NCBI GenBank assembly: GCA_038217285.1 | Contig: JBBQPO010000176.1 | Location: forward strand, 1 to 13,120 | Origin: Chthonomonadales bacterium | Lineage (GTDB): Bacteria > Armatimonadota > Chthonomonadetes > Chthonomonadales > Chthonomonadaceae | Reading direction: 5' to 3' | Length of the DNA stretch: 13,120 bases | Shown: positions 1 through 8,037 of the stretch, piece after piece | How positions within the stretch are numbered: position 1 is the first letter of the stretch | How the letters are laid out: the number at the start of each line of letters is the position of its first letter | Made by a program: the position numbers and the translations under genes | Notes under the pieces: model-generated | Seen by the model: the letters and a program-made list of their open reading frames with translations, nothing else | What the model was told of the DNA's origin: nothing | Databases searched by the model: none

Positions 1-184
1 CAAGATGCACTCCGAAAGCACAAGTCTCATCGATGTGACGACCGGTAAGGCCCTCAGCCTCACTTCTAAGGTTGTAGGGGACACGGCCGGCAGCAAGATC
101 AACATCGAAATCGCCATGAATAGGCTCGGCCCGGACGACAAGGGCAATGGCAAAGAAGCGGTTATAGACAACAAAAAGCTGTAA
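1..184 (+). CDS. 3' end of a hypothetical protein, partial (enters from the left edge)
   Basis: The frame starting at base 2 is open to TAA 182-184 and reads ...KMHSESTSLIDVTTGKALSLTSKVVGDTAGSKINIEIAMNRLGPDDKGNGKEAVIDNKKL*. A strong hairpin follows. No family recognised. Confidence 0.65.
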   Translation, partial: KMHSESTSLIDVTTGKALSLTSKVVGDTAGSKINIEIAMNRLGPDDKGNGKEAVIDNKKL

Positions 185-207
185 CTCTCACGTGATTCTC
201 TGCGTCG

Positions 208-244
208 AACCGCCCTCGCTTTCCGATCAGAAGCGAGGGCGGTT
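208..244 (+). terminator. Perfect 14-bp inverted repeat, probable intrinsic terminator of the upstream gene
   Basis: AACCGCCCTCGCTT (208-221) pairs with AAGCGAGGGCGGTT (231-244) around a 9-nt loop, 23 nt after the TAA. The U-tract directly after it is weak. An alternative hairpin 234-262 is followed by a T-rich tract (see findings). Confidence 0.6.
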
Positions 245-286
245 TGGCGTCCATCGCCCTCGATTTGCTTTTATTTTTTTTTGCTG

Positions 287-316
287 TTGATTTCCTTCGT
301 TTGCGGGTGCTATGAT
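287..316 (+). promoter_or_regulatory. Putative sigma70-type promoter for the E1 gene
   Basis: TTGATT (287-292), 18-bp spacer, extended -10 TGcTATGAT (308-316). An AT-rich tract (264-282) upstream resembles an UP element. Confidence 0.55.
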
Positions 317-368
317 AGAGGGACAACCAGTCTATCGCTCCACGTCAATGCCGAAAAGGAGAGGCTTC

Positions 369-2864
369 ATGCCCAAGTCTGTGATGATTCGCCCGCAGGA
401 TGTCCGCGCTGGCGGCCAGATCGAATTCCAACCGATTCCTGTCAACCAGTATAACCGCACTCTCGCCGCCGAACGAAGCCGGTTTTCGGATGCCGATCTG
501 ACGCGCATCTACCGGGATATGGCGACGATCCGCACGTTTGAAACGATGCTGAACGATGTCAAGATCAAAGGCAACTACGGCGGCGTCGAATACGACCATC
601 GCGGTCCCGCGCATCTTTCGATAGGGCAGGAGGCGTCGGCAGTCGGGCAAGCCTACCATCTGGATCGAAACGATCACATCTTCGGCAGCCACCGCAGTCA
701 CGGCGAAATCCTGGCGAAAAGCCTGTCCGCCATTCATAAACTGGACGATGCGGCCCTGACGCAGATCATGACCGACTATATGGGCGGCGCGATTCTGCGC
801 GCGCTCGACAAACCGATTCCCGGCGGAGAGCGGTACCAGCCGGCGAGCGTCAAAGAGCAGGCGCTGGAGTTTCTGCTCTACGGGGCGCTGGCGGAGATCT
901 TTGGGCGTGAGGCCGGTTTCAACAAGGGCATGGGCGGCTCCATGCACGCCTTCTTTATCCCCTTCGGCGTCTTTCCGAACAACGCCCTGGTGGGCGGCTC
1001 CGCCGATATTTCGGTGGGAGCAGCGCTCTACAAGAAGGTCAACAGCAAGTCCGGACTGGTCATCTGCAACATTGGCGATGCCGCCGCGAACTGTGGCCCA
1101 ACCTGGGAGGCGCTCTGTTTCTCCACCATGGATCAGTTCAAGACGCTCTGGGATGAGGCTCATCGGGGCGGCCTGCCGCTCATCATGAACTTTGTCAACA
1201 ACTTCTACGGCATGGGCGGGCAGCCGGTCGGCGAGACGGGCGGATTTGGCACACTGGCCCGAATCGGCGCAGGGCTCAATCCGGAGCAGATGCACGCCGA
1301 GCGTGTCGACGGCTACAATCCGCTGGCCGTGATCGATGCCATTGCCCGTAAGAAAGAGCTGCTGGCGCGCGGGGAAGGACCGGTCCTGCTCGACACCGTC
1401 ACCTACCGTTTCAGCGGACACTCTCCCTCGGACGCCTCCTCCTATCGGGAGAAGGCGGAGATTGAGGAGTGGCAGAAGGTGGACAGCCTGCTCACCTACG
1501 CCCAGGATCTGACCGACGCGGGAATCTGCGCTGCCGCCGACCTGGCGACGACCCAGAGCAGCCTCGACGCCGCGATCATGCGCGCCTATCGCCGCGCCAT
1601 CGATCTGGACCTCTCCCCGCGCGCCGATCTCTACGCCGTGGGCAATCTGCTGGAGCAGACGATGTACTCCAACACCCGTGTCGAATCGTTCGATACGAGC
1701 CGGGAGCCGGAGCTTTTGCTGCCTGTCGAGGAGAATCCCCGCGTCAAACAGTTGGCGGGACGCTCCCGATCCGGCCTCGCGGAGAACGGCGAACTGCTGC
1801 CGAAAGGCCGTTGTGTCGCGGTGCGCGATGCGCTGTTCGAGGCGGTTCTGCATCGTTTCGCCATCGACCCGACCCTGGTCGCCTATGGCGAGGAGAACCG
1901 CGACTGGGGCGGCGCGTTCGCCGTCTATCGCGGCCTGACCGAGGCGCTGCCCTACCATCGGCTCTTCAACAGCCCCATCTCGGAGGCGGCCATCGCCGGA
2001 ACCGCCGTGGGCTATGCCCTCGAAGGCGGACGCGCGCTGATCGAATTGATGTACTGCGACTTCCTGGGCCGAGCCGGAGACGAGGTGTTCAATCAGCTCT
2101 CGAAGTGGCAGAGCATGAGCGGCGGCGTTCTGAAGATGCCGGTGGTCATGCGGGTGTCGGTGGGCAGCAAGTACGGCGCGCAGCACTCACAGGACTGGAC
2201 CGCGCTGTGCGCGCATATTCCCGGCCTGAAAGTCGCTTTTCCCGTGACCCCGTACGATGCCAAGGGCTTGATGAATACCGCCCTCGCGGGCACCGATCCC
2301 GTCATCTTCTTCGAGAGTCAGCGCGTCTACGATCAGCCTGAACTGTTCCACGGCGCGGAAGGAGTTCCGGCAGGCTACTATGAGATTCCCTTCGGGGAGC
2401 CGGACATAAAGCGCGCCGGAACCGACCTGACGATTCTCACGGTCGGCGCGACCCTCTACCGCGCTCTGGAAGTAGCGGGCACTCTCGAATCCCAATACGG
2501 CCTGAGCGCCGAGGTCATCGATGCCCGCAGCATCGTGCCCTTCAACTACGCGCAGGTGATCGCCAGCGTGCAGAAGACCGGACGCATCCTCCTGACCTCC
2601 GATGCCTGCGAGCGGGGCAGCGTCTTGCAGACGATGGCGGCAAAAATCACCCAACTCGCCTTCAACCACCTCGATGCGCCTCCTGTGGTCGTCGGCGCGA
2701 GAAACTGGATCACCCCACCCGACGAAGTCGAAGACGCTTTCTTCCCCTTCCCGATAGACATTCTCGACGCCATCCACGAGTACATCGAACCGCTGCCCGG
2801 TTACAAAATCAATCGCGTCTGCGACAGCGCCGAACTCCTGCGCCGCAGCCAGTTAGGAATCTAA
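369..2864 (+). CDS. Fused alpha/beta E1 component of a TPP-dependent 2-oxoacid (pyruvate/branched-chain/acetoin) dehydrogenase complex, ~831 aa
   Basis: E1-alpha motifs: [24 protein letters not shown]-binding GDA...[14 protein letters not shown]1-beta motifs: YGEE, GGAF, SPISE, ELMYCDF, GAQHSQ, DPVIFFE, plus a transketolase-C-like end ([11 protein letters not shown]). Start moved from 312 to ATG 369 because AGGAGAGG (357-364) precedes it and ATG 312 lies inside the -10 box. Substrate cannot be assigned. Confidence 0.9.
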   Translation: MPKSVMIRPQDVRAGGQIEFQPIPVNQYNRTLAAERSRFSDADLTRIYRDMATIRTFETMLNDVKIKGNYGGVEYDHRGPAHLSIGQEASAVGQAYHLDRNDHIFGSHRSHGEILAKSLSAIHKLDDAALTQIMTDYMGGAILRALDKPIPGGERYQPASVKEQALEFLLYGALAEIFGREAGFNKGMGGSMHAFFIPFGVFPNNALVGGSADISVGAALYKKVNSKSGLVICNIGDAAANCGPTWEALCFSTMDQFKTLWDEAHRGGLPLIMNFVNNFYGMGGQPVGETGGFGTLARIGAGLNPEQMHAERVDGYNPLAVIDAIARKKELLARGEGPVLLDTVTYRFSGHSPSDASSYREKAEIEEWQKVDSLLTYAQDLTDAGICAAADLATTQSSLDAAIMRAYRRAIDLDLSPRADLYAVGNLLEQTMYSNTRVESFDTSREPELLLPVEENPRVKQLAGRSRSGLAENGELLPKGRCVAVRDALFEAVLHRFAIDPTLVAYGEENRDWGGAFAVYRGLTEALPYHRLFNSPISEAAIAGTAVGYALEGGRALIELMYCDFLGRAGDEVFNQLSKWQSMSGGVLKMPVVMRVSVGSKYGAQHSQDWTALCAHIPGLKVAFPVTPYDAKGLMNTALAGTDPVIFFESQRVYDQPELFHGAEGVPAGYYEIPFGEPDIKRAGTDLTILTVGATLYRALEVAGTLESQYGLSAEVIDARSIVPFNYAQVIASVQKTGRILLTSDACERGSVLQTMAAKITQLAFNHLDAPPVVVGARNWITPPDEVEDAFFPFPIDILDAIHEYIEPLPGYKINRVCDSAELLRRSQLGI

Positions 2865-2898
2865 TCGACGCGCCAATGGCCGCAATGCGTTTCCTCGA

Positions 2899-2927
2899 CA
2901 GCCCGACCTTGCGTCGGGCTGGTTTTT
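2899..2927 (+). terminator. Rho-independent terminator after the E1 gene
   Basis: Stem CAGCCCGAC (2899-2907) / GTCGGGCTG (2913-2921), loop CTTGC, followed by GTTTTT. Confidence 0.85.
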
Positions 2928-2969
2928 GATTCTCAGAGCGTGTCCGCAAATCGACCGAAACTTTTGGCG

Positions 2970-3000
2970 TTGAGCCATGTCTTTAATGTGTATTAACTTT
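2970..3000 (+). promoter_or_regulatory. Putative promoter/operator region of the efflux operon
   Basis: AT-rich patch in a GC-rich context with TTGAGC (2970-2975) and the inverted repeat TTAAT-gtgt-ATTAA (2983-2996) overlapping the expected -10 position. It could be a MarR operator. Confidence 0.35.
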
Positions 3001-3029
3001 TTGTTCGCCCGGAGTAGGGTAAGAAAACA

Positions 3030-3500
3030 ATGAAGCGACTTCTCTACGTGTTGATCCCGGCCGTCGTGCTCGGCGGGTTGATTGGATGGCGGTTTCAGAA
3101 GACGACCGCCGATAAGAAACAACTGGATCAGGCCGCTCAGGCCCGCAAAACCTCCGCTCCGAACGTAAATGTGGCCGCCGCGACGTTGCGCGACATCGTG
3201 CATACTTTCGAGGGAGTGGGGTCGGTCGAAGCGCCGTTCAATGTCAAGATATCACCCAAAGTGACCGGACGACTCGATTTTCTGAAGGTGCGTGAAGGGG
3301 ATGCCGTCAAGGCCGGGGAGGTTCTCGCCCGTATCGACCCCTCGCAGGCGCAGGCGGTCGTGGCGCAACAGCAGGCTGCGGTTGCAGAAGCCCAGTCTCG
3401 CCTCGCGCAGGCCGCCCTGACCGCCAACGCGACCGGCGTCAGCGTGGAGAGCCAGGTCCGTCAGCAACAGGCGGCGGTGAACACGGCGAAGGCCAACTAA
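3030..3500 (+). CDS. N-terminal fragment of the RND periplasmic adaptor (membrane anchor, lipoyl half, start of the helical hairpin)
   Basis: 156-aa ORF with a hydrophobic N-terminus and the VREGDAVKAGEVLARID motif, ending at the premature TAA. Confidence 0.5.
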   Translation: MKRLLYVLIPAVVLGGLIGWRFQKTTADKKQLDQAAQARKTSAPNVNVAAATLRDIVHTFEGVGSVEAPFNVKISPKVTGRLDFLKVREGDAVKAGEVLARIDPSQAQAVVAQQQAAVAEAQSRLAQAALTANATGVSVESQVRQQQAAVNTAKAN

Positions 3501-3551
3501 AATCAGGTTCGGGGCAACTACGGTTCCCAGGTCGCCGCCGCCCAGTCGGCG

Positions 3552-4661
3552 GTGATCGATGCTCAGGGCAAGGTCGATAGTGCGACCGCCGTGATCGCCA
3601 ACACCGAGGCCACGATCCGCAGCGCGCAGGCCAATCTGAAAAATGCGCAGGTTCGGTACAACCGTACAAATGGGCTTTACAAACAGGGTTTTATCGCCGC
3701 ACAGGATGTGGACGATGCCCGGACGCAGGTCAATGTCCAGCAGAGCGCTGTCGATCTGGCCGCAAGCCAACGGGATGCCGCCGTCGCAGCCCGCGATTCG
3801 GCACTGGCCCAGAAGAAGTCCGCCCAAGAACAGGTCAGCATCGTCACCACCAAAGGGAAGTCCGATATCGAGGCCGCCGCTTCCGCCATCACGCAGGCGC
3901 AGGCCGGGCTCGACTTTGCGCGCGCCAACACTGCCCAGCGCCCGGCCTATCAGGCCAACCTCCAGGCCCTGCGTGCGGCCGTCACGGCGGCGCAGGCCGG
4001 ACTTCAGAATGCGCAGTCCCAGCTGAACGATACGGTCCTCCGCTCCTCCATCAACGGATTTGTCACTGCCAGATATATCGACCCCGGCACTGTCGTCATG
4101 GCAGGGACACCCATCGTCTCCATCGAGTCGGAAAAACTGGTCTATGTAAACGTTTCCGTCCCGGAAGAGATCAGCCACAACGTCCGTATCGGGAAGGTCG
4201 CGACAGCGGCCTTCGACGCGATACCGGGGCCGAAGTTCGAGGGCAAAATTACGGAGCTAAATCCCGCCGCCGACCCGCAAAGCCGTCAGTTTACGCTGCG
4301 TATGACACTCGCCAACGCGCAAAACGTCGTGAAACCCGGTATGTTCGGTCGAGTCACCTTCGAGACGGACCGGATACCCAATGCCGTGGTCGTGCCGCGT
4401 GAGGCGGTGAAGTCCAGCAAAAAGGGGACGACCGTGACCGTCATCGATGACAGCGGCGTGGCCCATGTCCGGACGGTGCAGACCGGCGCGCAGGACACGC
4501 TGGGCATCCAGATCGTGAACGGCGTACAGGCCGGAGAGAAGGTCGTCGTCCTGACCCTTGTTCTGTTGCAGGAGGGCAAGAAAGTCAAGATTGCACCCGA
4601 CACGCCTCCGTTAGAGGGGACACCATCCGGCCCAGGCGCAGGCAAACCCGCTGCCCCATAG
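3552..4661 (+). CDS. C-terminal fragment of the RND periplasmic adaptor
   Basis: 369-aa in-frame continuation containing RYNRTNGLYKQGFIAAQDVDDA, RSSINGFV and KPGMFG. There is no convincing RBS before GTG 3552, so independent translation is doubtful. Confidence 0.5.
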   Translation: MIDAQGKVDSATAVIANTEATIRSAQANLKNAQVRYNRTNGLYKQGFIAAQDVDDARTQVNVQQSAVDLAASQRDAAVAARDSALAQKKSAQEQVSIVTTKGKSDIEAAASAITQAQAGLDFARANTAQRPAYQANLQALRAAVTAAQAGLQNAQSQLNDTVLRSSINGFVTARYIDPGTVVMAGTPIVSIESEKLVYVNVSVPEEISHNVRIGKVATAAFDAIPGPKFEGKITELNPAADPQSRQFTLRMTLANAQNVVKPGMFGRVTFETDRIPNAVVVPREAVKSSKKGTTVTVIDDSGVAHVRTVQTGAQDTLGIQIVNGVQAGEKVVVLTLVLLQEGKKVKIAPDTPPLEGTPSGPGAGKPAAP

Positions 4662-4713
4662 GCCCTGTGTGGTAGACCCTCTGTCTCTGTAGCGCACCGA
4701 AGAAAACCAAAAC

Positions 4714-7700
4714 ATGAATTTTGCACGCTTTTCCGTTAATCGCCCGGTCGCCGTTACGATGCGTATTCTGTCGCTCGTCCTTCTCGGTGCGATCTGTCTG
4801 ACCAAACTTCCGGTCGACCTGCTTCCCAAGGTTTCGCTGCCGACGGTCGTGGTCATCACGGCCTGGCCCAACGTTGCGCCGGAAGAGATGGAGACGCAGG
4901 TCACACGCCCTGTGGAGCAGGCGGTCTCCTCGGCCTCGAACATCTATCAGGTCAGTTCCAGCACCGTCGAGGGCTCCTGTTTCGTCCGCGTCCAGTTCAA
5001 CTACGGCACGGACATCGGGCAGGCTGCTGTCGATGTGCTGCAGTTAGTGGAACGCGCCCGACAGAAGTTTCCGATCGATCCGACCCTCCAGACGCCTATC
5101 GTCTTCAAGCTCGACCCTTCGCAGCTCCCGATTCTCATCTATGGGGTCTCCGGGGAGCCCGATCCGGCGAAACTGAAAGCGATTCTCGACAATCAAGTTT
5201 CACCCATCCTTCAGTCCGCGAACGGCGTCGCCTCGGCGGTCGCGACGGGAGGTCTGAACCGTGCGATCATCGTCGATGTCGATCCCGACAAGATCCGCGC
5301 CTACCATCTTTCCCTCGCCGCCGTCAGCAAACGCATCGTGGCGGAGAACCTCAACCTGCCGGCAGGCATCGCGCGCCAGAGCGAAACCGAATATGTCATT
5401 CGCAGTCTGGGCTATTTTACGAGTCCGAAACAGGCCGCAAGTATTCCGGTAGGCTCTTACAACGGGCAGTTGGTGTCGCTGGGACAGGTAGCCGATGTGC
5501 GCGACTCGTATCAGGAGCAGCGACTCTATACGCGCCTGAATGGGGTACCGGCCGCTGGTATGATCATCGTGAAGCAGAGCGCCGCGAACACGATTGATAC
5601 CGCCAAAAATGTGCGGGCCAAACTGGAACAGGTCAAAAAGCTGTTCCCGAATCTGACCTGGGGGCTCGCCTACGATCAGTCCGAGTTTATCGTGAACGCC
5701 ATCGATGGCGTCAAAACCTCGGCCCTTATCGGCGGCGCGTTGGCCGTCCTTATACTGCTGTTCTTCCTGCGCAACTTCCGCAGCACGCTCGTCGTGGCGC
5801 TCTCGATTCCAATCTCCATCATCTCGACCTTCGCCCTGCTCTATATCTGCGGTTTCACCCTGAATGTGCTCTCCCTGAGCGGCCTGTCACTGGCGACCGG
5901 GCTGATCGTGGACGATGCCGTCGTGGTGCTCGAAAACATCTTCCGCCATATCGAACGCGACCGCAAGCGCCCCGCCGAGGCGGCCGTCTCCGGCACCATC
6001 GAGATCTCCTCTGCCGTTATCGCTTCGACGATCACGATCATGGTCGTCTTTCTGCCTCTGCTGCTCATTCGCGGTCAGGCTGGCCAGCTCTTCACCGAGT
6101 TCGCCCTGGTCGTCATCTTCGCCATCGGCATCTCGCTGCTCGACGCGCTGACGGTCGTCCCGATGCTCGCCTCGCGCCTCATCAAAGAGGAACAGATCGA
6201 AGAGGAGGCGGACGGCCACACGACGGAAGGGAAGCAACACCGCGCGGAAAAAAAACGTGGCCTGGTGCAGCGCATGTTCGACTGGTTCGGGGATCGCTTC
6301 GATGCCCTGGATGCCTCGTATCGCCACGGACTGGCCTGGGCCATCAAGCATCGTATCTGGGTGCTGCTGGGAGCGTCGGCCACCCTCGTCGCCAGTCTGC
6401 TGCTCGCGCCGCAGATCGGCACGGAACTGCTGCCCCAGACCGACAGCGGCAACTTCACCGTCACCCTCAAGATGCCCGTGGGGACGGCGCTGACCAAAAC
6501 CAATGAAACGATGCTGAAGGCGGAAGGAATGCTGCGCAAAGATTCCGATGTACAGACGATTTTTGCAGCCACAGGCACCAGTCTGAGCCTGCGGGGCACC
6601 ACCACCAGTCTGACGCCCTATCTCGGCAGTATGACCGTGCGCCTCAAAAATGACCGTCAGCATAGCACACAACAGGTCATGCAAAAGGTGCAGAAGCAGC
6701 TTGGGCAGTTGGCCGGCGCCCGCGCCATCGTCAGTCCCTACGACGTCGTCACGCAGATCATCTCGGGCGGCAACCAGAACGTCGAGGTGGACATCTACGG
6801 CAGCGACCTGAATGTGTTGTCGGCGACGGCTCACGACATTCTGACCCAGGTACGCGCCATACCGGGCATGGAAAACGCCGACACCAACGTTCAGGACGCC
6901 GTGCCGGAACTCCAGTTCAAGATAGATCGACAGAAGGCGCTGCAACTGGGCGTGAGCTTCTCGGATATCGCCGGCACGATCAACGCCGCGACCAGCGGGT
7001 CTCTCTCCAGCTACTATCAGGAAGGCGGCTTCCAGTATCCGATCTACGTCCAGGTGCCGGAGAACCGCCGTAAGTCGGTAGAGGAGATCCTGAACCTGCC
7101 TATCGCCCCGACACAGTCTGCGAGCGCCAGCGGACCGAGTGGGGGGCCTGGGAGCGGCTCGGCGTCCGGCGGCAATGGTGCAGGCATCGCCAGTGCGGGT
7201 CCCGGAAACTATGTGCTGCTGCGGCAGGTCGCCACGCCGATCTATGCCATTGGCCCGAGCGAGATCTCGCGTCAGAACAGTCAGCGTTATATCGCGATCA
7301 CCGCCGTGAGCAACAGCCGCCCGCAGAGCGACATTCAGGCCGATCTGGCGAAGTTCCTCAACTCCTATAAGTTCCCTCCCGGCTACTACTGGGACTCCGG
7401 GCTGACCCAGAAACAGCGCAAAGACGAGTTTGCCGGTCTGGGCCTCGCCGTCGGGATGGCGATCGCGCTGATCTATATGCTGCTCGCCTCGCAGTTCGAG
7501 TCGTTCGTCTATCCGTTGACCGTCCTGGTTTCGGTCCCGCTCTCCTCCATCGGAGTGGTGCTGTCGCTCTTTCTGACCGGCCGCGCCTTCGGTCTGACCG
7601 CGTTCATCGGCCTGCTGCTGCTCATCGGGATCGTCGTCAAGAACGGTATCTTGCTGATCGACTACACGAACCAGTTGCGGAAGCGGGGGCTGACGCGTGA

Positions 7701-8037
7701 TGAGGCGGTGCTGACGGCGAGTCCGACCCGTCTGCGCCCGATCCTGATGACGACCAGCGCGGCCATTCTGGGGATGCTGCCGCTGGCGCTGGCGCTCGGC
7801 AAAGGCTCGGAGACGCAGGCTCCGCTGGCAACGGCGGTCATCGGCGGCCTGACGACTTCGACAATCCTGACTCTCTTCGTCGTGCCCGTTGTCTACACGC
7901 TCTTCGATGACCTGGGCAGTTTCTTCCAGAAAAAACGCGCCAACGGATCGAAACAGACCGCCGATTCGAAGGCTGTAGCGCCTGCCATTGTGGGAGGCGG
8001 AACCCGCCCCGTCGTGACAGGAGAAACGGGTGAGTGA
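4714..8037 (+). CDS. Efflux RND transporter permease, AcrB/AcrD/AcrF (HAE1-like) family, 1107 aa
   Basis: N-terminus FSVNRPVAV..., LPVDLLPKVSLP, APEEMETQVTRPVE. Proton-relay motifs GLIVDDAVVVLENI (TM4), GIVVKNGILLID (TM10) and RLRPILMTT (TM11). Also LASQFES and GGLTTSTILTLFVVPVVY. Two large periplasmic loops. Confidence 0.96.
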   Translation: MNFARFSVNRPVAVTMRILSLVLLGAICLTKLPVDLLPKVSLPTVVVITAWPNVAPEEMETQVTRPVEQAVSSASNIYQVSSSTVEGSCFVRVQFNYGTDIGQAAVDVLQLVERARQKFPIDPTLQTPIVFKLDPSQLPILIYGVSGEPDPAKLKAILDNQVSPILQSANGVASAVATGGLNRAIIVDVDPDKIRAYHLSLAAVSKRIVAENLNLPAGIARQSETEYVIRSLGYFTSPKQAASIPVGSYNGQLVSLGQVADVRDSYQEQRLYTRLNGVPAAGMIIVKQSAANTIDTAKNVRAKLEQVKKLFPNLTWGLAYDQSEFIVNAIDGVKTSALIGGALAVLILLFFLRNFRSTLVVALSIPISIISTFALLYICGFTLNVLSLSGLSLATGLIVDDAVVVLENIFRHIERDRKRPAEAAVSGTIEISSAVIASTITIMVVFLPLLLIRGQAGQLFTEFALVVIFAIGISLLDALTVVPMLASRLIKEEQIEEEADGHTTEGKQHRAEKKRGLVQRMFDWFGDRFDALDASYRHGLAWAIKHRIWVLLGASATLVASLLLAPQIGTELLPQTDSGNFTVTLKMPVGTALTKTNETMLKAEGMLRKDSDVQTIFAATGTSLSLRGTTTSLTPYLGSMTVRLKNDRQHSTQQVMQKVQKQLGQLAGARAIVSPYDVVTQIISGGNQNVEVDIYGSDLNVLSATAHDILTQVRAIPGMENADTNVQDAVPELQFKIDRQKALQLGVSFSDIAGTINAATSGSLSSYYQEGGFQYPIYVQVPENRRKSVEEILNLPIAPTQSASASGPSGGPGSGSASGGNGAGIASAGPGNYVLLRQVATPIYAIGPSEISRQNSQRYIAITAVSNSRPQSDIQADLAKFLNSYKFPPGYYWDSGLTQKQRKDEFAGLGLAVGMAIALIYMLLASQFESFVYPLTVLVSVPLSSIGVVLSLFLTGRAFGLTAFIGLLLLIGIVVKNGILLIDYTNQLRKRGLTRDEAVLTASPTRLRPILMTTSAAILGMLPLALALGKGSETQAPLATAVIGGLTTSTILTLFVVPVVYTLFDDLGSFFQKKRANGSKQTADSKAVAPAIVGGGTRPVVTGETGE

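Larger units (their letters stand above)
3030..4661 (+). pseudogene. Efflux RND transporter periplasmic adaptor (MFP/HlyD family), 543 codons, interrupted by one in-frame TAA at 3498-3500 (nonsense mutation or sequencing error)
   Basis: ORFs 3030..3500 and 3552..4661 share a frame and the gap is open (NQVRGNYGSQVAAAQSA). The N-terminal part has a TM anchor and first lipoyl half (ISPKVTGRLDFLKVREGDAVKAGEVLARID). The C-terminal part has the hairpin tip, second lipoyl half (TVLRSSINGFVTARYIDPG), beta-barrel (VKPGMFGRV) and membrane-proximal domain (VVVPREAV...GVQAGEKVV). Confidence 0.85.

Noticed and set aside
274..282. T9 homopolymer as a phase-variation tract
   Set aside because: It lies upstream of the -35 box rather than in the spacer or a CDS, and is adequately explained as a terminator U-tract or UP element.
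312..368. ORF-track start of the E1 gene at ATG 312 (or 348)
   Set aside because: ATG 312 lies within the TATGAT -10 box and has no RBS, whereas ATG 369 has AGGAGAGG just upstream.
345..2186. 613-aa minus-strand ORF (also 2187..2777)
   Set aside because: Antisense shadow of the GC-rich E1 gene with no recognisable motifs.
3498..3500. Alternative genetic code or Sec/Pyl recoding at the internal stop
   Set aside because: The codon is TAA (Sec uses TGA, Pyl uses TAG), and TAA terminates other genes in the window normally.
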